From positions 1 to 55,005 of the forward strand of contig JADFDN010000001.1 of assembly GCA_018262815.1 (NCBI GenBank): a DNA stretch of 55,005 nucleotides, written 5' to 3'. The DNA is from Thiobacillus sp. (GTDB lineage: Bacteria > Pseudomonadota > Gammaproteobacteria > Burkholderiales > Thiobacillaceae). A program made the position numbers and the translations under genes. Numbering within the stretch: position 1 is the first letter of the stretch; each line of letters begins with the position of its first letter. Below the pieces are notes generated by a model, which worked only from the letters and a program-made list of their open reading frames with translations, did no database searches and was not told the DNA's origin. Shown one piece after another: positions 9,738 to 17,967 of the stretch.

Positions 9738-9892
9738 TGCAAGTAGGTCGAGCCACCAGCGTGAGCCTCAGTCTGTCCCGCTCGCCGCTGGGCTTCTTCA
9801 GCGGCAGCACCTGCCGCATGTCGATGTTCAGCCTGACGCTGCTGTTCATCGAGTTCCGGGTGTTGCGGCGCATCCCTGCGCAGTGCGCCTGA
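9737..9892 (+). CDS. 51-aa microprotein, paralogue 2, unknown function
   Basis: TGATG stop/start overlap with paralogue 1; MQVGRATSVSLSLSRSPLGFFSGSTCRMSMFSLTLLFIEFRVLRRIPAQCA. Confidence 0.7.
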   Translation: MQVGRATSVSLSLSRSPLGFFSGSTCRMSMFSLTLLFIEFRVLRRIPAQCA

Positions 9893-9895
9893 CCC

Positions 9896-11182
9896 CTAGC
9901 GGGGAATTTCCAGCACGGCCTCCAGGCCTCCTGCCGGACGATTCCTGAGCGTCACCTTCCAGCCGTTTGATTCCGCCAGCTGGCGCACGATCGCCAGCCC
10001 CAGTCCGGTTCCTCCCGTCGCCTGCGAGCGCGAGGCCTCCAGCCGGTAAAACGGCCTGAACACTTTTTCCAGCTGATCGTCCGGAATGCCCAAGCCGGCA
10101 TCGCGCACGACCACCCTCGCCTGCCTGTCCGAACACTCCAGCTCCAGGTCGACCGGCATATCGCCGCCGTAGCGCTGGGCATTCTGGATCAGGTTGGCGA
10201 CGATTTGCCTCACCGCCAGACGGCTGGCGTCGATCTCGCACGGGACGGCGCCCGGCCACGACAATCCCGCATCGGCCGCCACCTCTTCCAGCAAAACCGC
10301 CAGGTCGAAACGCTGCCTCGACTCGGTCTGGGTGGTGCGCGCCAGTTCCAGGTAGCCGGTGATCAGCTTGTTCATGTCCGCCAGATCGGCGGTTGCGCGA
10401 TCGATGCGTGCCGGACTGGGCGCGTCGCGCAGCATTTCTAGATTGAGCTGCAAACGCGTCATCGGCGTGCGCAGGTCATGCGAGATGCCTGCCAGCAAGG
10501 TGGTGCGGTTGTCCAGCAGCTCGCGCACTTCGGTCGCCATGGTATTGAAGCGGCACGCCAGTTCGGCGAGTTCGGCCGGTCCCGTTTCCGGCAGGGGATC
10601 GGGCAACTGGCCCGCGCCCACCTGGCTGGCCGCGTGCGCCGCCCGCGCCAGCGGCACCGTGATGCGGCGCACCAGGAGCAGGGCGGTCAGCAGGCTTAGA
10701 AATGCCCCCAGCGCGATCACGGCAATGGCCGCCAGCGGCGGCTTGACGGCATAGCGGTTAGGGAAGAATCCGACCCGCAGGTCGTGTCCGCCCAGCGGAA
10801 GTTCAAGCCACGCGGCCGCCATATTCGGAACACCGCGCAACACGACCGCGTCGCCGATACGACGGCTCAGCGCAGCCTCGATCTGAGGACGAAACGCAAA
10901 ATCCGGCGCCTCCGCGGTGGCCCCGACGTCTATCGTGGTCAGCCGCAAACCGTGTCGCCGTGCCAGTTCGCGTTCGAACGCGACGCGCGTCTCGGGCGGC
11001 AATTCCACCCAGGTCTGCGCCGACAGCACGATCAGGCCGGCCAGGTCGTCGGCCGAGCGTTCCGCCACCGGCACGATCAGGGTGCGGGTCACCACCCAGA
11101 ACGCCGCTGCCTGAAACACGATGAACGCCAGTGCCAGCGTCAGCGCAGTGCGGGCAAACAGCGATCCGAGGGGGCGGCCCAT
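9896..11182 (-). CDS. Sensor histidine kinase (EnvZ-like; 2 TM, HAMP, HisKA, HATPase)
   Basis: H-box ISHDLRTP, N-box NLIQNA, DAGLGI, GTGLGLAIV. Confidence 0.92.
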   Translation of the reverse strand: MGRPLGSLFARTALTLALAFIVFQAAAFWVVTRTLIVPVAERSADDLAGLIVLSAQTWVELPPETRVAFERELARRHGLRLTTIDVGATAEAPDFAFRPQIEAALSRRIGDAVVLRGVPNMAAAWLELPLGGHDLRVGFFPNRYAVKPPLAAIAVIALGAFLSLLTALLLVRRITVPLARAAHAASQVGAGQLPDPLPETGPAELAELACRFNTMATEVRELLDNRTTLLAGISHDLRTPMTRLQLNLEMLRDAPSPARIDRATADLADMNKLITGYLELARTTQTESRQRFDLAVLLEEVAADAGLSWPGAVPCEIDASRLAVRQIVANLIQNAQRYGGDMPVDLELECSDRQARVVVRDAGLGIPDDQLEKVFRPFYRLEASRSQATGGTGLGLAIVRQLAESNGWKVTLRNRPAGGLEAVLEIPR

Positions 11183-11192
11183 GGACAGGTGC

Positions 11193-11906
11193 TCAGCCCT
11201 TGCCCTGCGGTACGAACAGATAGCCCTGCCCGCGCTGGGTGCGGATATAGGCGGGGTTGGCGGGATCGTCCTCGATCTTCTTGCGCAGCCGGTTCACCCT
11301 CACATCTATGCTGCGGTCGAACGGATCGCGCTCGAAGCCGCGCAGCTGATCCATCAGCCAGTCGCGCGACAGCGCACGGTTGGCGTGGGTGACGAAAATT
11401 TCCAGCAGCTCGTATTCGCCGCTGGTGAGCGTGATTTCAGCGCCGTCGCGGCTGAGGAGGCGGGCATCGAGGTTGACGCTGAACGGTCCGAAGTGCACCA
11501 GGCGGGCGGTGTCGTCCGCCACGGCTGCGGCCGCCCCGCCCTGCCGCCGCATCACCGCTCGAATGCGCGCCAGCAATTCGCGCGGGTTGAACGGCTTGGG
11601 AAGGTAGTCGTCGGCACCGACCTCGAGGCCGATGATGCGGTCGATATCCTCGCCCTTGGCCGACAGCATGATGATGGGCGGAAAGCCCGGCTGCGCCCGC
11701 AACCGACGCGCAATCGACAGACCGTCCTCGCCCGGCATCATCCAGTCGAGCACCAGGAGGTCGGGTAGCCGGCTGGCAAGCAGCCGATCAAGCGAAATCG
11801 CGTCTTCCGCGGTTTCGACCGCGTATCCCTGGCTCGTCAGGTATTCAGCGACCAGCTCGCGGATGCCGGGATCGTCGTCGGTCACGTAAATCGTGTCTTT
11901 TTCCAT
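11193..11906 (-). CDS. OmpR-family response regulator
   Basis: Receiver DDD/LDWMMPG/GADDYLPKPF; winged-helix DRSIDVRV.RLR.KIE. Confidence 0.93.
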   Translation of the reverse strand: MEKDTIYVTDDDPGIRELVAEYLTSQGYAVETAEDAISLDRLLASRLPDLLVLDWMMPGEDGLSIARRLRAQPGFPPIIMLSAKGEDIDRIIGLEVGADDYLPKPFNPRELLARIRAVMRRQGGAAAAVADDTARLVHFGPFSVNLDARLLSRDGAEITLTSGEYELLEIFVTHANRALSRDWLMDQLRGFERDPFDRSIDVRVNRLRKKIEDDPANPAYIRTQRGQGYLFVPQGKG

Positions 11907-11949
11907 GCAATAACTATATCAGCGGGGGATGGCCCCTATTCCCCATCCC

Positions 11950-11965
11950 GTTACACACTGTTACA
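11950..11965 (+). promoter_or_regulatory. OmpR/RstA-type direct-repeat binding site
   Basis: GTTACA-CACT-GTTACA (10-bp period, TACA-N6-TACA) in the divergent intergenic region. Confidence 0.6.
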
Positions 11966-12058
11966 AAATCCCCCCTGCGCGAAACAGAGCGCTTACTTTC
12001 CTCAACCAAACTGCGAAGCGTGGAAGCAAGACAAGGCGACCACGGAATGGAGAACGCG

Positions 12059-12340
12059 ATGAACACACGCAAAACATGGATTTTCGGAATGACCGCACTG
12101 GGACTGGCTCTGGCCGCCCCGGTTCACGCTGCGCCCGATTTCATCGATGGTGCGTTCATTGTGGCCAAGCGCGAGCGCGCCGACGAAGTCCGCCCGGACC
12201 CCCGCGATGTCCGCAGGGATGACCGCCGCGCCAACCGGCGCGATGCCGAGCGCGAGGAACCGCGAGGGTACGGCTACGGCTACGAGCGTCGCCAGCAGCA
12301 ACGATCCGAAGACGAGGACCGCCCCCGCGGTCGTCGCTGA
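12059..12340 (+). CDS. Small exported Arg/Asp/Glu-rich protein
   Basis: RBS GGAG; signal peptide ending PVHA; low-complexity mature region containing GYGYGYERR. Confidence 0.7.
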   Translation: MNTRKTWIFGMTALGLALAAPVHAAPDFIDGAFIVAKRERADEVRPDPRDVRRDDRRANRRDAEREEPRGYGYGYERRQQQRSEDEDRPRGRR

Positions 12341-12373
12341 ACCCGCTTGATTCGAAGCAACAGGAGAGTAACG

Positions 12374-12970
12374 ATGACATCACGCACATTGAAAAGCACA
12401 CGCCCCCTGAACACGGCCCTGATCGCCGGGCTGCTTGCCGTCAGCGGCGCGGCGCAGGCCGGCCACGGCGACCGCGACGGCTTCACCACACGCGCCCGGG
12501 TTTTGTCGAGCGTTCCGGTCTACGAAACGATCAACGAACCGCGCCGCGAATGCTGGACCGAAACGGTCGGCTACGAAACCCGCAGCTACCGCGACGGCAG
12601 CAATACCGGCGGCGCGATTCTCGGCGCCATCGCCGGCGGCCTGCTCGGCTCCACCGTCGGCAAGGGCGACGGCAGGGTTGCCGCCGCTGCCGCCGGCGCG
12701 GCGACCGGTGCGGTGGTGGGCGACCGCTGGAACAAGAACGGCACCCGCACCGAATCGATCCCGCAGCAGGTCGAGCGCTGCCGCACCCACGACGACTATC
12801 GTCAGGTCGTGGCCGGCTATGACGTGCGCTATCGCTTCCAGGGCCGCGAATACACCACTTACCTGCCGTACAAGCCTGGCAAGTGGCTGACCCTGGATGT
12901 GGATTTTTCCGTGGCCGAGGGCCGGCGCAACGCACGCTGGCACAACAGCCGCAACGACTGGGACGACTGA
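12374..12970 (+). CDS. Glycine-zipper 2TM domain protein (YcfJ-like)
   Basis: RBS AGGAG; signal peptide; GGAILGAIAGGLLG..VG.G.G zipper; Cys pair; GYDVRY...PG C-terminal motif. Confidence 0.85.
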   Translation: MTSRTLKSTRPLNTALIAGLLAVSGAAQAGHGDRDGFTTRARVLSSVPVYETINEPRRECWTETVGYETRSYRDGSNTGGAILGAIAGGLLGSTVGKGDGRVAAAAAGAATGAVVGDRWNKNGTRTESIPQQVERCRTHDDYRQVVAGYDVRYRFQGREYTTYLPYKPGKWLTLDVDFSVAEGRRNARWHNSRNDWDD

Positions 12971-13015
12971 CGCTCCCCCGAGCGCGGCCATTTCGAACCT
13001 GAAAGGAGAAACGCC

Positions 13016-13369
13016 ATGTTACGCACCCTTCTGATCGCAACCGCCCTGTTGACCGCCTCCGGCACCGCGCTGGCCCACAGCGACCATGGCCATGGCCGCG
13101 TGGTATCGGTCGAGCCGCACTTCAGCATCTCGTTCGGCACCCGCCATCATGACGGTTTCCGCGTGCTCTATGAATCCGGCGGCTCGCGTTACTGGACGCA
13201 CACGCCCCACCATCCGGGCCACGTCATCGTGCTGCCGCAGCACCATTACCGGGTGAAGCACGTGCATCACTATCGGGATTACGGCCGCGGCTGGGATGAC
13301 CGCCGCGATGGCTGGCGCGACGATCACCGCAAGCACCATCGCGAGCACCGCCGCCACGGCCGCGACTAG
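13016..13369 (+). CDS. Exported His-rich protein, apparent zipper-less paralogue of the upstream gene
   Basis: RBS AAGGAG; signal peptide ending ALA; 20 His; G(F/Y)xVxYxxxGxxYxTxxPxxPG motif shared with 12374-12970. Confidence 0.78.
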   Translation: MLRTLLIATALLTASGTALAHSDHGHGRVVSVEPHFSISFGTRHHDGFRVLYESGGSRYWTHTPHHPGHVIVLPQHHYRVKHVHHYRDYGRGWDDRRDGWRDDHRKHHREHRRHGRD

Positions 13370-13378
13370 TCTGACCGG

Positions 13379-13409
13379 GGGCCCGGGGTTTCCTGGGCCC
13401 GTTCCTGTT
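13379..13409 (+). terminator. Putative intrinsic terminator
   Basis: GGGCCCGGG-GTTT-CCTGGGCCC hairpin with a weak T-containing tail, between convergent genes. Confidence 0.5.
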
Positions 13410-13443
13410 CAGCCGGGCACACCTTCACAACAAGTCTGGCCAA

Positions 13444-14190
13444 TCATTCGTGATGCACGACAAACGCGACTTCGGTGGTGAAGTTGCCGATGCCGCGATG
13501 GTTGGTCAGCGTCCAGCCGGTGTCCTTGAGATGACGGGTCAGTTCGCGCGTCATCGCAGGATTGCCGCAGACCATCACGCGATCCTGCCCGGGATCGGGT
13601 GCAGGCAGGCCGAGCCGCTGCGACAACGCCCCTGAACGGAACAGGTCGCCGCCGCGTTCGGGCGTGGGAAAGGCTTCGCGCGTCACCGTCGGCACGTAAT
13701 GCAGTCGCGGCTGATCCATGGCCTCGATTTCGTCGCGATAGGCCAGCTCGGCCACGGTGCGCACCGAATGCACCAGCGCCACGTTTTCATAACGCGCATA
13801 CAGTCCGGGATCGCGGATCAGGCTGATGAACGGCGCCAGCCCGGTGCCGGTGGCCAGCATGTACAGCGTGCGCCCCGGCAGCACATGGTTGAGCGTCAGG
13901 GTGCCCGTGGTCTTGCTGTTGACCCACACGCTGTCGCCGGGGCGGATGTGGACCAGCTGGCTGGTGAGCGGACCGTCCGGCACATGGATGCTGAGAAATT
14001 CCAGGTGGTCGCGGTCAGCGGTCGAAACGATGGAATAGGCACGCGCCACCAGTTTGCCCTCGCGCTTCAGGCCGATGGTGACGAATTCGCCATTCTCGAA
14101 TGCAAAATCCTGCGGGCGGCTGAGCGTGAAGCTGAAGGTCCTGTCCGACCAGGGCCGTACCGACTGCACCGTTTGTTCACTGTAGGGCAT
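13444..14190 (-). CDS. fpr: Ferredoxin--NADP(+) reductase
   Basis: RAYSI, GPLTS.L, ATGTGLAPF, VMVCGNP.M motifs. Confidence 0.88.
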   Translation of the reverse strand: MPYSEQTVQSVRPWSDRTFSFTLSRPQDFAFENGEFVTIGLKREGKLVARAYSIVSTADRDHLEFLSIHVPDGPLTSQLVHIRPGDSVWVNSKTTGTLTLNHVLPGRTLYMLATGTGLAPFISLIRDPGLYARYENVALVHSVRTVAELAYRDEIEAMDQPRLHYVPTVTREAFPTPERGGDLFRSGALSQRLGLPAPDPGQDRVMVCGNPAMTRELTRHLKDTGWTLTNHRGIGNFTTEVAFVVHHE

Positions 14191-14267
14191 GGTTCACTCC
14201 ATTGAGCGCGTTTCAGGTTCGACGATGACAGCCGGGCACAGTTCCGGCGTGGGGCCTGTCGCAGCGG

Positions 14268-15698
14268 TCAGCCCTTGATGCAGACCAGCGGCTTGAGCCT
14301 GGCGACCTTGCGCGCCAGCCCGGCACGGTCGGCGGCCTCGACCACGGCGCTGACATCCTTGTAGGCACCCGGCGCCTCTTCCGCCACGCCGCGCAGCGAA
14401 GGGCTGCGGATCAGTATCCCCCGACTGGCGAGCTCATCAACCAGCGCCCGGCCGTGCCACTGGCGGGTGGCCTGATGACGGCTCATGGCACGCCCGGCGC
14501 CATGGCAGGCTGAACTGAAGGCGCGCGTCGCCCCCGTCTCGGTGCCGACCAGGATGTAGGACGCCGTGCCCATGCTGCCACCGATCAGCACCGGCTGGCC
14601 GATGTCGCGCAAGTCGCCGGGCAGTGCCGGGTGGCCTGGCCCGAAGGCGCGCGTCGCGCCCTTGCGGTGCACGTAGAGACGGCGCGTCCGGCCGTCGACG
14701 GTGTGCGGTTCCTGCTTGCAGGTGTTGTGCGAAACGTCGTAGATCAGGTCGAGGCGGGTGCCCGGAACGATATCGGAAAAGACCTGACGCGCGAGATGGG
14801 TGATGACCTGTCTGTTTGCCAGGGCACAGTTGACCGCCGCGCGCATGGCGCCGAGATAGGCCTGCCCCAGCGCTGACTGGATCGGCGCGCAGGCGAGTTC
14901 GCGGTCGGGCAGCTCGATGCCATGGCCGGGCGCGGCAATCACCATCTGCTTGAGGAATTCGCTGCCGATCTGGTGGCCCAGCCCGCGCGAGCCGCAATGA
15001 ATGCTGACCACCACCTCGTCCTGGCGCAAGCGGAAACGGTCGGCCGCTTTCGTGTCGTAGATCTCGACGATTTCCTGCAGTTCGAGGTAATGGTTGCCGG
15101 AACCCAGCGTGCCGATCTCGTCGCGCTGGCGACGCTTGGCCTGTTCGGACACCTGGCCGGGCTCGGCGCCGGCCATGCAACCGTGTTCTTCGATGCGATC
15201 GAGATCGGCCTCGCTGCCATAGCCGTGCTCGACCGCCCAGCGCGCGCCGCAGCGCAGCATCGCATCCATCTCGTGGGGGCTGAGGCGCAACGGGCCGGTG
15301 CTGCCCAGCCCGGCCGGAATGTGGGCGAACAGGCGATCGGCGAGCCGTTCCTTGAGCGGGAGGATGTCCGCGGAGCGGAGGCCGGTATGCAGAGTGCGCA
15401 CCCCGCAGGAAATGTCGAAGCCCACCCCGCCGGCTGATACCACGCCTCCTTCGTCGGCATCGAACGCGGCCACGCCGCCGATCGGGAAACCGTAACCCCA
15501 GTGCGCATCGGGCATGGCGTAGGCTGCCTGGACGATACCCGGCAACGTGGCGACGTTGGTGAGTTGCTCAAAGACCTTGTCATCCATGTCGCGGATCAGG
15601 GCCTGATCGGCATAGATCACTGCCGGCACGCGCATTTTCCCGAACGGCTTGACCCGCCATTCGACCTCCGACACCTGCTTGAAAAGGGCTGGATTCAT
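14268..15698 (-). CDS. rtcB: RtcB family RNA ligase (archease-associated type)
   Basis: PDAH.GYGFPIGG, GFDISCG, GTLGSGNHYLE, HCGSRG, HRKGAT, CHGAGR, EEAPGAYKD. Confidence 0.95.
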   Translation of the reverse strand: MNPALFKQVSEVEWRVKPFGKMRVPAVIYADQALIRDMDDKVFEQLTNVATLPGIVQAAYAMPDAHWGYGFPIGGVAAFDADEGGVVSAGGVGFDISCGVRTLHTGLRSADILPLKERLADRLFAHIPAGLGSTGPLRLSPHEMDAMLRCGARWAVEHGYGSEADLDRIEEHGCMAGAEPGQVSEQAKRRQRDEIGTLGSGNHYLELQEIVEIYDTKAADRFRLRQDEVVVSIHCGSRGLGHQIGSEFLKQMVIAAPGHGIELPDRELACAPIQSALGQAYLGAMRAAVNCALANRQVITHLARQVFSDIVPGTRLDLIYDVSHNTCKQEPHTVDGRTRRLYVHRKGATRAFGPGHPALPGDLRDIGQPVLIGGSMGTASYILVGTETGATRAFSSACHGAGRAMSRHQATRQWHGRALVDELASRGILIRSPSLRGVAEEAPGAYKDVSAVVEAADRAGLARKVARLKPLVCIKG

Positions 15699-15699
15699 T

Positions 15700-16146
15700 T
15701 CACACGTCCACCACGCACTGGGCCTGCCATCCCCCGGACGCCGTCCTGCCTACTTTCAATTCGGTATAGGTGGCGCCCTTGACCTCGACCGCGGGCTGGT
15801 GCCTGTCGAGATCGATCGGCTCGCCCCAGGCGGTGGCGCTGAGGCGCGGTCCGTCCAGGCTGACCTCAAAGCGGCTGAACAGCATGTGGCGCGCCGCCAT
15901 TTCCAGTATCAGCGCGTTGAGCCAGTCGACCAGCAGGAGCTCATCATCCGGCGCTTCGCAGCAAATGGCCACGGCCGTGTCCGGTGCAACCCGGGCCGGA
16001 TCGGCGATGACGGCCGTCATGGCCAGCGCGGCCTGCTCGAAGGCCGCCTCGCGCGTGGGCCCGACGCCACGCACGCCCATGTCGGCCTGATGCGGAAAGT
16101 GCGTCCAGTACTCGTCCTCATTGCCGGCGTCAGCTGCTTGAAACAC
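15700..16146 (-). CDS. Archease
   Basis: H.AD.G motif, LLVDWLN.L, EVKGATY, C-terminal VDV; ends 1 bp before the rtcB start. Confidence 0.92.
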   Translation of the reverse strand: MFQAADAGNEDEYWTHFPHQADMGVRGVGPTREAAFEQAALAMTAVIADPARVAPDTAVAICCEAPDDELLLVDWLNALILEMAARHMLFSRFEVSLDGPRLSATAWGEPIDLDRHQPAVEVKGATYTELKVGRTASGGWQAQCVVDV

Positions 16147-16180
16147 TCGCGGCGCCCTCTTCAGATGATGTCGCCTTGTC

Positions 16181-16594
16181 TTAGTCGGTCATGTCCTCCA
16201 GAACGTCCACCACTACCCGGGTGCGGACATTCATGAGAACCACGTCGGTTCCGACGACGACGCGCACATACTCGGGAGGCAGGCGAGTCAGGCGCTGTTC
16301 CAGTTCATACGGCAGGTAACGCCAGCGTGCCTCATCATGAATGGTCTGATTGGGGCGTACCCGCCATGCATGACCGGGTGGTAGCCGGTCCTTCTTGGCC
16401 AGGCCGGGAGGCAGGCTTTTGTGGCGCGGCGCGTAATAGTCAGCGATCAGGCGACGGTCATGATCGGTAAACACCACCCGCACCGAATAATGCGGGTCGC
16501 GGACAGTCTCGCCATAACCCGGGCCGGCGACGCAGCCGACCAGGACAGGCGACAGGGCAGCGGCCAGCCACACCACCAGCAAGCTGGATTTCAT
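16181..16594 (-). CDS. Putative lipoprotein with LPPGLAKK motif (RcnB-like small periplasmic family)
   Basis: Lipobox LVGC; [12 protein letters not shown]; C-terminal Y.RVVVG.DVVL...TR.VVD. Confidence 0.75.
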   Translation of the reverse strand: MKSSLLVVWLAAALSPVLVGCVAGPGYGETVRDPHYSVRVVFTDHDRRLIADYYAPRHKSLPPGLAKKDRLPPGHAWRVRPNQTIHDEARWRYLPYELEQRLTRLPPEYVRVVVGTDVVLMNVRTRVVVDVLEDMTD

Positions 16595-16728
16595 ATCTTT
16601 TCCCTTTGCTTAATGTGCATGCTTGTTTTTTAAGCATAGACATCGACAGGCTGAAGTCCACGCATCGCCTGACAAGAACTCAGGCAGGGCGCGCCCGACG
16701 ACGGGGCGTCGACCAGCCAGGCAAGCGC

Positions 16729-17952
16729 TCAGGGGACGGAAGGCTGATCGCGCCATGCCGTCACGGCCGCCGCGCGCGCACGGAAGATGGCGTCGCGAAT
16801 GCGTGCCGGCTCGACGCTGCGTGCCACGGCAGCGGCATCGATGGCCTGCGCCGCGCGCAGTGCCTGCCGCAGATGATCGAGCGCGGGAAAGGGTTTGTTT
16901 TCATAGCCGGGCCGGCCGCGGAAATCGCATTCGCAGGCCTGCAGAAATTCCTCGAAGCGCTCTGGCCGGCGAAACGCGTCGATGCGTTCCAGCAATTCGA
17001 CAAGCGTGCCGGGACGCAATTCGAGCGCACGATGTGCATTGCCGTGATCGCGCGCCACCGCGACGGCAAGGTCGCGACAGTCGGCGGGCACCCGGATGCG
17101 CTCGCTGAGCGCACGCACCAGTTCGACGCTTCTGGCTTCGTGGCCATGATGTCTGGGCCACAGTTCGGGCGGGGTGACGCCCTTGCCCAGATCGTGGGTC
17201 AAGGCTGCAAAACGCACCGGCAGGCTCAGGCCCTGTCGCGCTGCCCAGTCGATCACCATCATCACGTGCACACCGGTGTCGACTTCGGGATGATGCTCGG
17301 GCGGCTGCGGCACGCCGAACAGTCGATCGATTTCGGGAAACAATCGGGCCAGCGCACCGCAATCGCGCAGCACCTGGAACAGGCGCGAGGGCTGTGCCTC
17401 CATCAGTCCGCGCGCGACTTCCTGCCATACGCGCTCGGGCACCAGCGCGTCGACTTCGCCGTTGTCGACCATCTGCCGCATCAGCGCGTTGGTTTCCGCT
17501 GCCACGCAGAATTCGGTGAAGCGTGCGGCAAAGCGCGCCACGCGCAGGATCCGCACCGGGTCTTCGGCAAACGCCTCGCTCACATGCCGAAAGACGCGCG
17601 CGGCCAGATCGCGCTGACCGCCATAGGGATCGACCAGCGTGCCGGCCTCGTCCTCGGCCATGGCGTTGATGGTGAGGTCGCGGCGGCGCAGATCCTCCTC
17701 CAGCGTGACCTCGGGCGCGGCGTAGACGGTGAAGCCCTTGTAGCCATGGCCCGACTTGCGCTCGGTGCGCGCGAGCGCATATTCCTCATGGCTGTGCGGG
17801 TGCAGAAAAACCGGGAAGTCCTTGCCGACCGGCTGGTAGCCCAGCGCGACCATGTCGTCCGGCGTGGCGCCGACCACGACGTGATCGCGGTCGGCCACCG
17901 GCAGACCCAGCAACCGGTCTCGCACTGCGCCGCCGACGATGTAGGTCTTCAT
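16729..17952 (-). CDS. cca: Multifunctional CCA-adding/repair enzyme
   Basis: [40 protein letters not shown] motif HDLGK. Confidence 0.96.
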   Translation of the reverse strand: MKTYIVGGAVRDRLLGLPVADRDHVVVGATPDDMVALGYQPVGKDFPVFLHPHSHEEYALARTERKSGHGYKGFTVYAAPEVTLEEDLRRRDLTINAMAEDEAGTLVDPYGGQRDLAARVFRHVSEAFAEDPVRILRVARFAARFTEFCVAAETNALMRQMVDNGEVDALVPERVWQEVARGLMEAQPSRLFQVLRDCGALARLFPEIDRLFGVPQPPEHHPEVDTGVHVMMVIDWAARQGLSLPVRFAALTHDLGKGVTPPELWPRHHGHEARSVELVRALSERIRVPADCRDLAVAVARDHGNAHRALELRPGTLVELLERIDAFRRPERFEEFLQACECDFRGRPGYENKPFPALDHLRQALRAAQAIDAAAVARSVEPARIRDAIFRARAAAVTAWRDQPSVP

Positions 17953-17967
17953 GGCGGCGCGTGAAGT

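Noticed and set aside
9344-9892. ORF-track calls 9344-9892 (182 aa) and 9405-9737 (110 aa)
   Set aside because: Their upstream extensions run through the promoter region; the RBS, TGATG coupling and paralogy support the two ~50-aa ORFs instead
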